A stretch of 58,511 bases of DNA, from the NCBI GenBank assembly GCA_017889745.1, contig JAGGAG010000001.1, positions 1 through 58,511 of the forward strand. Direction: 5' to 3'. Positions 32,036 through 40,984 of this stretch are shown here, piece after piece. How positions within the stretch are numbered: position 1 is the stretch's first letter; each line of letters begins with the position of its first letter. Source of the stretch: Gemmatimonadota bacterium (GTDB lineage Bacteria > Gemmatimonadota > Gemmatimonadetes > Gemmatimonadales > GWC2-71-9). The notes beneath the pieces are model-generated. The model saw only the letters and a list, made by a program, of their open reading frames with translations, was not told where the DNA came from and did no database searches. A program made the translations under genes and the position numbers.

Positions 32036-34048
32036 ATGTTGCTCACCCTGATCCTCGTGCTGCAGCAGCCGGCACAGCAGCCCGCTGCGCCCCCGGTTGC
32101 GCCCCCGCCTCCCGCCGTCAGCAGGCCGGCGTCACCCATCGCGCGGGTGCAGGTAGAGCCCGGCGACGTCGCAGTGCAGGCGGGCGACACCGTGCGGCTG
32201 CGGGCGGTGGCGTACGACTCGGGCGGGCGCGCCATTCCCGGCACGACCACGAAATGGTTCCAGGCGAGCCACGGCTTCGAGGGCCGCGTCAGTGACGATG
32301 GCCTGGTCACGGCCGGGTCCACCGGCGCCATGCGAGTCGCCGCGGTGACGAGTGTCGCCGGCAGCAAGCCCACCACCACGTTCACGCGCATCACCATCCT
32401 GCCGCCGCCGGCGGCGCGGATCGCCGTGGAGCCGGTGGTGAAGCGCCTCTACGCAGGACAGGCGCTGTCACTGGGCGCCGTGCCATTCGCCGCCAACAAC
32501 GACCGCCGGTACGACCTGGTTACCTGGGAGTCGGATGCGCCCGGTGTGGTCTCCGTCACGCCGGCTGGGCGTATCACGGCGCTGCGCCCGGGTCGCGCCA
32601 CCATCACGGCGCGCGCCGGGCGGGCGAGCCGGGCGATTCCCCTGTTGGTTGAGACCAATCCCGCGGCAACCCTCGTCCTTACGCCAGCCGATACCTCGGT
32701 GCGCACCGGCGACGTGGTGCGGTTGGGCGTCGCCGCGAGCACATCGTCGGGCAAGCGCGTGCCCGATGTGGTGCCGGAGTTCCTCGTCAGTCCGGGCGGC
32801 GCGGTGGTGGATGCCGACGGCGCCTTCGTGGCGAATGAGCCCGGCACCTATCGCGTCGTTGCTTCCTTCGCCGGTCGCACGGCCGACGCGACGATCACCG
32901 CCCGGCCGCGCGACGCCGCGCGGCCCGCCACCGTGCTGGGTCGGCTGCCGGTCCGCGGCTTCAACTCCACCGAATTCTGGCTCCACCCCGATGGCCGCCA
33001 CGGGTACCTCGCCACGCTGGGCGATCGCCTCTACGCGATGGACCTCAGCGACCCCGCGAAGCCGGTCATTACCGACTCGGTGATGGTGGACGCACGCGTG
33101 ATCAACGACGTCATGACCACGGAGGACGGCAAGTTCGGCGTGATGACGCGCGAGGGGGCGAGCTCGCGGAAGAACGGCATCGTCGTGCTGTCGTTCGAGG
33201 ATCCGGCTCATCCGGTGCAGGTGGCGGAGTTCACCGAGACCGTGACCGGTGGCGTGCACAGCACCTTCATCTATCGCGGCTACGTGTACCTCACCGACGA
33301 CGCGACGGGATCAATGCGGGTCATCGATATCCGCGATCCGTACCATCCGTCGCAGGTGGCGCGCTGGGAGACGCCCCGCACCGAGGCGGGGCGCATGCTG
33401 CACGACATCGACGTGCAGGACGGCCTCGCCTACCTCAGCTACTGGAACGACGGCCTCGTCATCCTCGACGTCGGCAGCGGCATCAGGGGAGGCAGCCCGG
33501 AGAGTCCGCAGCTGGTGTCGCAGCTCAAGTACGACCTGAACGCACTGTATCGCGACGTGGAGGCGGTAGGAGGGCCGGGTTTCATCCGGGGGACGCATAC
33601 CGCCTGGCGGAGCGGGCGGTACGTGTTCGTCGGCGACGAGGTCTTCTCGGCGAAGCCGGTGGGCAATCTCGGGCCGATCGGCCTGGGACGCGCCTACGGG
33701 CGCCTGCATGTGGTGGATGTCTCCGATATCAGCGCACCCCGTCTCGTGGCGTGGTACGAGCCGAAGGACGGGGGAGCCCACAACGTCTGGGTGGCGGGGG
33801 ACACGCTGTATCTCGGGGACTACCAGGGAGGCCTCCGGGTCGTGGACGTGTCGGGCGAGTTGCGTGGGGACCTGCAACAGCAGGGACGGGAGATCGCGCA
33901 CGTTGCCACCGGCGACGCGGACGGCCACATCCCGAATGCGCCGCTCACGTGGGGAGCGGTCTATCGCAACGGCCGGATCTACGTCCCGGACATGAACTCG
34001 GGGCTCTGGGTGGTGAAGGTGGAAGGATCGGCGGTGGGCGTGCCGTAA
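32036..34048 (+). CDS. secreted Big_2-domain + LVIVD-repeat beta-propeller protein
   Basis: Three Ig-like repeats (VQVEPGDVAVQAGDTVRLRAVAYD..., IAVEPVVKRLYAGQALSLGAVPF..., LVLTPADTSVRTGDVVRLGVAA...). These are followed by LVIVD-type blades (GLAYLSYWNDGLVILDV, GDTLYLGDYQGGLRVVDV, NGRIYVPDMNSGLWVVKV). Confidence 0.8.
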   Translation: MLLTLILVLQQPAQQPAAPPVAPPPPAVSRPASPIARVQVEPGDVAVQAGDTVRLRAVAYDSGGRAIPGTTTKWFQASHGFEGRVSDDGLVTAGSTGAMRVAAVTSVAGSKPTTTFTRITILPPPAARIAVEPVVKRLYAGQALSLGAVPFAANNDRRYDLVTWESDAPGVVSVTPAGRITALRPGRATITARAGRASRAIPLLVETNPAATLVLTPADTSVRTGDVVRLGVAASTSSGKRVPDVVPEFLVSPGGAVVDADGAFVANEPGTYRVVASFAGRTADATITARPRDAARPATVLGRLPVRGFNSTEFWLHPDGRHGYLATLGDRLYAMDLSDPAKPVITDSVMVDARVINDVMTTEDGKFGVMTREGASSRKNGIVVLSFEDPAHPVQVAEFTETVTGGVHSTFIYRGYVYLTDDATGSMRVIDIRDPYHPSQVARWETPRTEAGRMLHDIDVQDGLAYLSYWNDGLVILDVGSGIRGGSPESPQLVSQLKYDLNALYRDVEAVGGPGFIRGTHTAWRSGRYVFVGDEVFSAKPVGNLGPIGLGRAYGRLHVVDVSDISAPRLVAWYEPKDGGAHNVWVAGDTLYLGDYQGGLRVVDVSGELRGDLQQQGREIAHVATGDADGHIPNAPLTWGAVYRNGRIYVPDMNSGLWVVKVEGSAVGVP

Positions 34049-34241
34049 GGGGCGGGGCGGCTATATTTGCCCGCCTTGCCGCGGTCCCAGTCGCTCACCG
34101 GCCGCACCTTCGGCCATCGCGCCCGGGGACTCGCCCACTTTCGTTCCGGGCAGGCGAGGCACGCCGCGGGCATGGCAAGCTCACTCTTCGCGGGCGGGGA
34201 CGACGATCCCGGCTGGCGCCAATCGAGGTCGGACTCGAATC

Positions 34242-34844
34242 ATGACGCGTGCGTTCTTCGCGGCTGTATTGCTGGCATTCATCGGTACACCTCAGCTCCG
34301 GGCCCAGGCGCCAACGAGCCAGCGGGAGCCCGCCGCGGCCCTGCCCCAGGTGTACAAGCCGGAGCAACTCACTCCCGTGCAACGGCAGGCGCGCGACGCC
34401 GTGTCGAACCTGCGCGACTCGGTGTCGGCGGCCGGCGGCGCGCTCGCACGCCTCAGCGCCGACGTGCAGACGACGTCGCCCCAGGTGCTGGAGAGCCGCG
34501 CGAGCACCGTCGTCGACCGCTGCGCGGCGGCGGAGCGCCAGCGGACCAGTTCGGTCACGCAACTGTCCACGGCGGCACTGACCACCGAGGGCGAGCTCAA
34601 GGCACGGAAGGACATGCTGAAGGAGATGAGCAAGCTCAAGAAGTCGCTGGACCAGTGCCACGCGACCTACCAGCCGCTCGCGCAGCGCGGCAAGGGCCAG
34701 GAAGTGCGGGACTACGGCCCCTCACGCGCGAAGCCCATCCTCGCCGGGTTCCAGACGTTCGACCAGTCGCTGAAGCCGTTCGCAAAGGCGATGCAGATCC
34801 AGTTCCGTCCCCTGCTCAACGCGGGCAAGTCGCCGCTGGACTGA
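34242..34844 (+). CDS. secreted hypothetical protein
   Basis: Signal peptide MTRAFFAAVLLAFIGTPQLRAQA. The rest is helical and charged with four Cys-free repeats. No motif recognised. Confidence 0.55.
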   Translation: MTRAFFAAVLLAFIGTPQLRAQAPTSQREPAAALPQVYKPEQLTPVQRQARDAVSNLRDSVSAAGGALARLSADVQTTSPQVLESRASTVVDRCAAAERQRTSSVTQLSTAALTTEGELKARKDMLKEMSKLKKSLDQCHATYQPLAQRGKGQEVRDYGPSRAKPILAGFQTFDQSLKPFAKAMQIQFRPLLNAGKSPLD

Positions 34845-34853
34845 GTGGAGAAC

Positions 34854-34944
34854 GTGGAGAGTCTGCACGGGCTGGTGTAAACATCGTCCACATGCTGTGG
34901 ACGGACTGGGCAGGTACCGTGCGGGGCAGGGGTTAGCTCTCCAC
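34854..34944 (+). other. three-level nested stem-loop immediately after the 34242..34844 stop
   Basis: GTGGAGAG(34854-61)/CTCTCCAC(34937-44) encloses GCACGG(34865-70)/CCGTGC(34917-22). That in turn encloses CGTCCACA(34885-92)-TGC-TGTGGACG(34896-903). All three stems are perfect. Confidence 0.45.
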
Positions 34945-35602
34945 AAAGTGAACATGCAGATGTGACGTAAGCCGAAGAAAATCAGGCACTTGCGCCCTCT
35001 CGAGGATGCCATAGCTTAGGATCACGCGCTGACCACTGGAGCACCGGAACCTCGGTTTCGGAAGCAAGTGGTCGGCGGGTTCGAGCGGCGCGTCGGAGGA
35101 GGCTGCCAGGGCTCACAAGGCTGGGCGGCCAATGATTCCGGTGATCACTCCGGCTCGAACAGGTGGAGCCAGTCGCGCGCTCCATCCGCCCCGATGTGGC
35201 GCCTCGGGATGCAGTGCGAAGGGTTGGTCCGCGACCCGATCCGACTCGCAGCGCTCGTGTTGATGAACCAGGCAGGATGGCCATCCAGTCTGGGGATGGA
35301 AGCCGAAGCCCTGCGCGAGCCCTACGGTGACGCATCAGTCACCGATGGCCGACGGGAGAAGAACGGCGGCGGTAACGCTCCGACTTCGGGTAATCAGCAT
35401 GGGGAACGGCCGACAGGGCTCCGGGCTCTGCGGCCGTTTCCGTTTTCCGCCCTCTCCGTTTCGCACTCGTGCTTACCCGGTATCGCGATTGACGTGGTGA
35501 CCTGCCGGCCGCGCGCAGGCGAATGCTGTCGGTCAACGGCGTCGCGACCATGCTCGCGACGATGCATGGTCGTGGAGGGGGCCCGGCGATAGCTTGTACG
35601 CC

Positions 35603-35983
35603 ATGGTCCTCCATGTGCTCGTGGTGTCACCGGACGAGGCGCGCCGCAGCGCGCTGACCACCGCGTTGCTGGCGGCGGGACACCGGGCGGTCGGGGCGGA
35701 GAGCGGTGCCGTTGGCGCGGCGGCCCTGACGGAGCCGGGGCTCGATGCCGTCGTGGTTGACCTCCATGCGCCGGAACTGGATGGTGCGGCGCTGCGTGCC
35801 GTGCTCGACCCCGCCACGCCCCCGACTCCGGATTCCCTCGACGACGCCGAGCGGCGGCACATCGCACTGGTGCTGCACCACACCGGCGGCAACAAGCGCC
35901 AGGCCGCGCTCCTGCTGGGCATTTCCCGCTCGACCCTGCTGCACAAGGTGCGCAGGTACCGGATCGTCACGGCCCGCTCCTGA
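35603..35983 (+). CDS. receiver-like domain + Fis-type HTH (NtrC-like without AAA+ module)
   Basis: N-terminus VLVVSPDE...DAVVVDLHAPELDG. The C-terminal HTH_8 is ERRHIALVLHHTGGNKRQAALLLGISRSTLLHKVRRY. No sigma54-interaction domain lies between them. Confidence 0.6.
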   Translation: MVLHVLVVSPDEARRSALTTALLAAGHRAVGAESGAVGAAALTEPGLDAVVVDLHAPELDGAALRAVLDPATPPTPDSLDDAERRHIALVLHHTGGNKRQAALLLGISRSTLLHKVRRYRIVTARS

Positions 35984-36398
35984 CGATCCGCACCCGCCCC
36001 AGCCGCGACACGAAGATCTCGACTCGAGCCAACCCGCGCGTTACGACGTAGCGGGCGTTCGCCGCGCCCATTGCCAGTCCGTTCGGGGCGTAGCTCGTTT
36101 CCCCGGGTTCGCTCATGAGTGCCGCGCCGTCCATGGCCGGACCGGGCAGACGCCAGCGCAGCGAGTCTCCCACCAGCACGACCAGCGAGTCGGTGGTGAG
36201 CACCACCCGGGCCACGCGCTGCTCGTTGAGCGCCGCGGCGCGGGCCCGTCCGTGGGCGAGCGCGATACGCTCCGCCGCCTGTGACGCGTGAATGCCGTCG
36301 AGTGATCCGGCCATGCGCGGCAACGCAAGCCCGAGGAGAATGCCCAGTAGTGCCATTACGACGGCGAGCTCGGGGAGTGTGTGTCCATGGCGGCGCAT
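35967..36398 (-). CDS. prepilin-type N-terminal cleavage/methylation domain protein (GspH/FimT-like pseudopilin)
   Basis: MRRHG|HTLPELAVVMALLGILLGLALP is the class III signal with the conserved Glu at position +5. There are no neighbouring T2SS/T4P genes. Convergent 17-nt overlap with the previous CDS. Confidence 0.7.
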   Translation of the reverse strand: MRRHGHTLPELAVVMALLGILLGLALPRMAGSLDGIHASQAAERIALAHGRARAAALNEQRVARVVLTTDSLVVLVGDSLRWRLPGPAMDGAALMSEPGETSYAPNGLAMGAANARYVVTRGLARVEIFVSRLGRVRIVRSGP

Positions 36399-36634
36399 GG
36401 CCCATAGTAGGGCGGCCGGGTTTCCGCCACGGTAGCCGCCGCGCGCCGCCCGGCGCATTGTGACGCGGTGCTCTTGCCGCGCGCGGCACGGGCGCGCATA
36501 CTGTTTTTTCACCGTTCATGCTGTCGCCGGTTCACTGCGCACCTGCGGAGCCCTTCCCTGATCCACTCGTTCTCTGCGCCGCGGCCATGCCTTGCGCCAG
36601 TGCACCTCGGCCCATCGACCGGGATGGTGGTCGC

Positions 36635-37285
36635 ATGACCGCGGGGCTGGTCACGCCCGCCGTGCCGCCAGCCGCTGATCCGCTGGCCGTGTTGCGTGAA
36701 TACCGCACACTCGCACCCTGGAGCCTTCGCGACCTGGCTGCGGTGGCGGCGGCGGTGCTCGAGGCGTCAGACGTGGTGCCACTCAATGCGGCGGCGCGCG
36801 CACGACCCACCGAGCGGACCATACGCTTCTACGTCACCCGCGGGCTCGTCAGCGCGCCCGAAGGACGCGGCACCGCCGCCGTCTACGGTTACCGGCACTT
36901 GTTGCAGGTGCTGGCGATCAAGCTGCGCCAAATGGAAGGCGCCACGCTTGATACGCTCTCGGCCGAGTTCGCCGGGATGACCGGCGACATCATCGAGCGG
37001 CGCGTGGCGGCGGCACTCGGCACCGCCCTGCCCTCGCCCGAACGCCTCCCGCTGCTGCGTCCCGCCGGGCATGCCCGCGGCAAGGTGGGCCGGGCCATGC
37101 AGCAATGGCTCTCGAGCCCGGTGCCCGGCCAGGAGCGCGGCAGCAACTGCCGCCGAGTGCCAGTGGCACCAGGACTCGAGCTCCTCGTGGACGAGCACCA
37201 CCCCGTGCTGCGCGCCGCCGGCGGCGACGCCGCGCTCGCCGAAACCGTGCGCCAGGCGCTGGCGCGCCTGGTCACCGGCGAGTAG
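36635..37285 (+). CDS. MerR-like HTH protein
   Basis: ERTIRFYVTRGLVSAPEGRGTAAVYGYRHLLQVLAIKLRQMEG matches the MerR recognition helix, wing and dimerisation-helix pattern. The C-terminal ~110 aa are unassigned. Lies 25 nt upstream of lemA. Confidence 0.5.
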   Translation: MTAGLVTPAVPPAADPLAVLREYRTLAPWSLRDLAAVAAAVLEASDVVPLNAAARARPTERTIRFYVTRGLVSAPEGRGTAAVYGYRHLLQVLAIKLRQMEGATLDTLSAEFAGMTGDIIERRVAAALGTALPSPERLPLLRPAGHARGKVGRAMQQWLSSPVPGQERGSNCRRVPVAPGLELLVDEHHPVLRAAGGDAALAETVRQALARLVTGE

Positions 37286-37310
37286 CTCCCTCGATACAGG
37301 CTGACCACCG

Positions 37311-37880
37311 ATGACAATCGCGTTCCTGGTTCTCCTCGCCGTGGTGGCGCTCTGGATCGTCAGCGCGTACAACGGCCTGATCGCACTCAAGAACCAGGTG
37401 GCCAACGCCTGGAAGCAGATCGACGTGCAGCTCAAGCGGCGGCACGACCTCATTCCCAACCTGGTCAACGCCGTCAAGGGACAGATGGACTTCGAGAAGT
37501 CCACGCTCGAGGCCGTCATCTCGGCCCGGGCCCGGGCGGTGGGCGCAACCGGCGTGGCGGCAACGGCAAAGGCCGAAGGGGAGTTGACGCAGGCGCTGGG
37601 ACGGCTCTTCGCCCTCGCGGAGAACTATCCCGACCTCAAGAGCTCGGCCAACGTGCTGCAGCTCCAGGAGGAGCTCAGCAGCACGGAGAACAAGATCGGG
37701 TTCGCCCGGCAGCTCTACAACGACGTAGCGACGCAGTACAACACCCGGCAGGCGCAGTTCCCCACCAACTTCGTTGCGGGCCTGGCCAAGGCCACTCCGT
37801 CGGAGCTCTGGGAGATCACCGACGCCGGCGAGCGGCAGGTTCCCACCGTCGATCTTTCGCTGAACCGGCCGGCCAGCTGA
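37311..37880 (+). CDS. lemA: LemA family protein
   Basis: N-terminal TM followed by YNGLIALKNQVANAWKQIDVQLKRRHDLIPNLV... and ENYPDLKSS, the canonical LemA sequence. Confidence 0.9.
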   Translation: MTIAFLVLLAVVALWIVSAYNGLIALKNQVANAWKQIDVQLKRRHDLIPNLVNAVKGQMDFEKSTLEAVISARARAVGATGVAATAKAEGELTQALGRLFALAENYPDLKSSANVLQLQEELSSTENKIGFARQLYNDVATQYNTRQAQFPTNFVAGLAKATPSELWEITDAGERQVPTVDLSLNRPAS

Positions 37881-37884
37881 CGCA

Positions 37885-38910
37885 GTGACCGCCGGTCACG
37901 GCAACCTGTTCGAGGAACAGGAGCGCAACCGGCGCCGTTCGTTCTGGCTGGTCACCCTCTTCGTCATGTTTTTCGGCTGGGTCGGCTTCGGCGGCGACCT
38001 TGCCTTCTACTTCCTCACCCGGGATGCCGGTCCCGGCGCCTACCAGCACGTAATCCCGGTCATCGGCATCGTGGCGACGCTCGTCGCCGGTGGCATTGCG
38101 TGGTTCGCCTGGGAAAAGGGCGCGGACCGCGTGCTGTGGGCTACGGGTGCCTGGGAAGTCATCGAGCCGTCCACGCCGCAGCAGAAGCAGTACGTCAACG
38201 TGGTGGAGGAGATGGCCATCGCGGCGGGCCTGCCACGCCCGCGGATCTGGGTCGTGCCCGATCCGGATCCCAATGCTTTTGCGACGGGCCGTGATCCAGG
38301 GCATGCCAGCATCGCGGTCACGGAAGGGCTGCTCGGGCGGCTCAACCGCGAGGAGCTGCAGGGGGTCGTGGCGCACGAGATGGCGCACATCGCCAACTGG
38401 GACACCCGCCTCATGACCCTGCTCGCCGCCATGCTGGGCGCCATCGCGCTCATGTCGGATGGCCTCGGACGGATGATGCGAGGCGGCGTGCGCGTCGGGA
38501 GCGGTGGATCGCGCGGCAGCGGCAAGGGGAAGGGCAATCCGCTGGGACTCATCCTGCTCGTGCTGTGGGTATTCACCCTGCTCATCGCGCCGGTCGTCTC
38601 GCGGCTGCTCGCCATGGCCGTGAGTCGTAAGCGCGAGTTCCTGGCCGATGCCAGCGGGTCGCAGTTCACCCGGAATCCGCTGGCCCTCGCTTCGGCGCTC
38701 GAAAAGCTGGAGAATGACCCGGCGCCGACCCGCACCATCAGCCAGGGTGCGGCGCACCTGTGCATCGTGGATCCGTCGGAGCGGAAGGTGTCGGAGCGGC
38801 CCGGGCTGGTAGGCGACGTCTTCGCGTCGCATCCCCCGATGCGCGAGCGCGTGGCCCGGCTCCGGGGAATGGCATATCAGTCGTCAGTCGTCGGTCCTGA
38901 AACTGCCTGA
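37885..38910 (+). CDS. M48-family (HtpX-like) zinc metallopeptidase
   Basis: Two N-terminal TM segments, HEMAHI (HExxH), two more TM segments, then EFLADASG (third-ligand Glu). GTG start lies 4 nt after the lemA stop. Confidence 0.85.
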   Translation: MTAGHGNLFEEQERNRRRSFWLVTLFVMFFGWVGFGGDLAFYFLTRDAGPGAYQHVIPVIGIVATLVAGGIAWFAWEKGADRVLWATGAWEVIEPSTPQQKQYVNVVEEMAIAAGLPRPRIWVVPDPDPNAFATGRDPGHASIAVTEGLLGRLNREELQGVVAHEMAHIANWDTRLMTLLAAMLGAIALMSDGLGRMMRGGVRVGSGGSRGSGKGKGNPLGLILLVLWVFTLLIAPVVSRLLAMAVSRKREFLADASGSQFTRNPLALASALEKLENDPAPTRTISQGAAHLCIVDPSERKVSERPGLVGDVFASHPPMRERVARLRGMAYQSSVVGPETA

Positions 38911-38928
38911 CGATTCAGGACGGTCCGC

Positions 38929-40011
38929 TCAGGATCCGTTCACGTCGTCGGAATCATCGAGGAAGGTCAGGGCCTGCCGCCGCTTCACCACCGCCTCGAG
39001 CGCGCCGTGGACGCGCTCGTCGACGACGGTGTTGATGAGGTCGCGCATGCGCTCGACCGCCGTTTCGGGCGGCATCTTCTCCTGATAGGGGCGGGCCGTC
39101 GTGAGCGCGTCGAAGATCTCCACCGCCCCCACGATGCGCGCGCCGAGCGGGATGGCCTCGCCCTTGAGCTTGTCGGGGTAGCCGAAACCGTCCCAGCGCT
39201 CGTGGTGGTTCCGCACGAAGCTGATGATGTCCTTCAGGTGCACGAGCGGGGCCAGGATCTGGCTTCCGACGAGCACATGCTGCTTGACGTGCGTGTACTC
39301 GTCGTCAGTCAGGGGGCCCTGCTTGTTCAGCACCTCCTCGCGGATGCCGATCTTCCCGATGTCGTGCAGCCGGCCCGCCGTGCGGATCATCTCCACGTCT
39401 TCGTCCGAGAGCCCGAGCTCGGCCGCCACGCCAGCGGAGAGGTCGGCCACGCGTGCCGAGTGACCGCGCAGGTAGGGGTCCTTGGCCTCGAGGGCATTCA
39501 CGAGCGCCTCGAGCGTCGCGATTGAAAGGCGTTCGAGCGTATCCTGCTCGCGACGGAGCTCCACCGACCGGAGGTGCACCTCGTCGCTCAGCCAGCGCTC
39601 GAGGCGGGTGTCCTCCATCGCCTTGTGGCGGCGCTGCAGGGCGCGGCTCACCGCGCGCGTGAGGTGGTCGAGGTCGAGCGGCTCCGTGACATAGTCCATC
39701 GCCCCGCGCTGCACGCACAGGGCCGCCGTGGTGGCGTCGTGGACCGCAGTCAGCATCAGGATCGCCAGGCTCGGCTCGAGTTCCAGCAACTCGGGCACGA
39801 GTTCGATGGCGCTGGTGCCGGGCAGGTGTGTGTCGAGGAGCATGGCCGCGATCTTCTCGCGGCGGACGATGTCGAGCGCCTCGCCGCCGGTGCTGGCGGT
39901 GATGATGGTATGACCCTGGAGCCTCAACTGGCGGGCAATGGCGGCGCGCACCGCATCTTCGTCATCGACGACGAGGATGCTCGATTGGCCGTCGGTGAGT
40001 GGCAGGGTCAC
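38929..40011 (-). CDS. response regulator with HD-GYP phosphodiesterase domain
   Basis: REC domain (ILVVDDEDAV...MLLDTHLPG) plus HD-GYP (RLHDIGKIGI...HHERWDGFGYPD). Confidence 0.9.
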   Translation of the reverse strand: MTLPLTDGQSSILVVDDEDAVRAAIARQLRLQGHTIITASTGGEALDIVRREKIAAMLLDTHLPGTSAIELVPELLELEPSLAILMLTAVHDATTAALCVQRGAMDYVTEPLDLDHLTRAVSRALQRRHKAMEDTRLERWLSDEVHLRSVELRREQDTLERLSIATLEALVNALEAKDPYLRGHSARVADLSAGVAAELGLSDEDVEMIRTAGRLHDIGKIGIREEVLNKQGPLTDDEYTHVKQHVLVGSQILAPLVHLKDIISFVRNHHERWDGFGYPDKLKGEAIPLGARIVGAVEIFDALTTARPYQEKMPPETAVERMRDLINTVVDERVHGALEAVVKRRQALTFLDDSDDVNGS

Positions 40012-40053
40012 GTAGAGGAACTCCAGTGACGTAAGTGCTTGACTGACCGGAAG

Positions 40054-40905
40054 CTAAATACTCCCATCCACGAACTCCACCTCCACCCGGTGCGGGATGA
40101 TCCCCGCCTCCGCGGCGCGATCGAGCAGCAGCTGCACCGCCGCGCGGCCGCGCGCCCCGTAGTCCACGGTCCAGTCGTTCACGTACATGCCTACGAAGGT
40201 GTCGGTGCGCTCGTCGCCGATGCCCCTGTTGAAGCGCTTGGCGTGGTCCAGCGCGGGCTGCCGGTGCGCCAGCGCATACTCGATACTCGCGCGCAGGTCG
40301 CGCGCCACCTGGTTGATCGTGGCCGCGCCCAGGTCGCGGCGCACCACGTTCCCGCCAAGCGGCAGGGGCAGGCCGGTCTCCCGCAGCCACCAGGCGCCCA
40401 TGTCCTCCCAGAGATGCAGTCCCTGGTCCTGGAAGGTGAGTTGGCCCTCGTGAATGAGCAGGCCGACGTCCACCTCGCCGCGCGCCACGGCGTCCTCGAT
40501 GGTGTCGAACGGCATCACGACCTGGATCGTGTCGGGCTGGTAGAGACGCAGGGCCAGGCAGGCCGTCGTGAGCGTGCCCGGAATGCCGACCCGCTTGCCC
40601 CGCAGGGCGCTCCGCGGATCGCGCGGGGCCGGCGCCCTCGCCACGAGGCGCGGTCCGTAGCCGTCGCCCATGGAGGAGCCGCTCGAGAGGAGCGCGTACT
40701 TGTCCGCGAGGTAGGCGTAGGCGTGGATCGATACCGCCGTCACCTCGAGCTCGGCACTCAGGGCGCGCCGGTTGAGCGACTCGATGTCCTGCAGCTCGTG
40801 CACGTAGGTCAGGTCGCCGGTGTCGAGCTTGCCCTCGGCGAGCGCGTAGAACATGAACGCATCGTCGGAATCGGGACTGTGGGCCACACGGATAGTGGTC
40901 GTCAT
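40054..40905 (-). CDS. MqnA/MqnD-family menaquinone (futalosine pathway) protein, MqnD-like
   Basis: IRVAHSPDSDDAFMFYAL, DIESLNRRAL and LEVTAVSIHAY parallel the MqnD motifs GHSPCPNDTFIFYAL, DVETLNR and LEVTKVS as I recall them. ATG 40905 is preferred over the TTG at 40917. Confidence 0.75.
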   Translation of the reverse strand: MTTTIRVAHSPDSDDAFMFYALAEGKLDTGDLTYVHELQDIESLNRRALSAELEVTAVSIHAYAYLADKYALLSSGSSMGDGYGPRLVARAPAPRDPRSALRGKRVGIPGTLTTACLALRLYQPDTIQVVMPFDTIEDAVARGEVDVGLLIHEGQLTFQDQGLHLWEDMGAWWLRETGLPLPLGGNVVRRDLGAATINQVARDLRASIEYALAHRQPALDHAKRFNRGIGDERTDTFVGMYVNDWTVDYGARGRAAVQLLLDRAAEAGIIPHRVEVEFVDGSI

Positions 40906-40920
40906 TCCGAACCCCAAGGC

Positions 40921-40984
40921 GTGAACGGTGAACGGTGAACGGTCAACGGAAGGTCCTGTTCACCGTTCACGGTTTACCGTTCAC
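40921..40984. repeat. heptad palindrome, GTGAACG family (copy A)
   Basis: GTGAACG GTGAACG GTGAACG GTCAACG, an 8-nt loop, then TGTTCAC CGTTCAC GGTTTAC CGTTCAC. The right arm overlaps the 3' end and stop codon of CDS 40967..41791. Confidence 0.85.

Noticed and set aside
34845-35602. Tested whether the long non-coding stretch is RNase P RNA, tmRNA or SRP RNA.
   Set aside because: Neither strand has the RNase P P4 strings (GGAAAGUCCGGGC / ACAGAACCCGGCUUA). Neither has a tRNA-like GGUUCGAAUCC T-arm followed by a CCA-end acceptor, nor the SRP domain IV motif (GGAAGGAAGCAGCC). The identity remains unknown rather than assigned.
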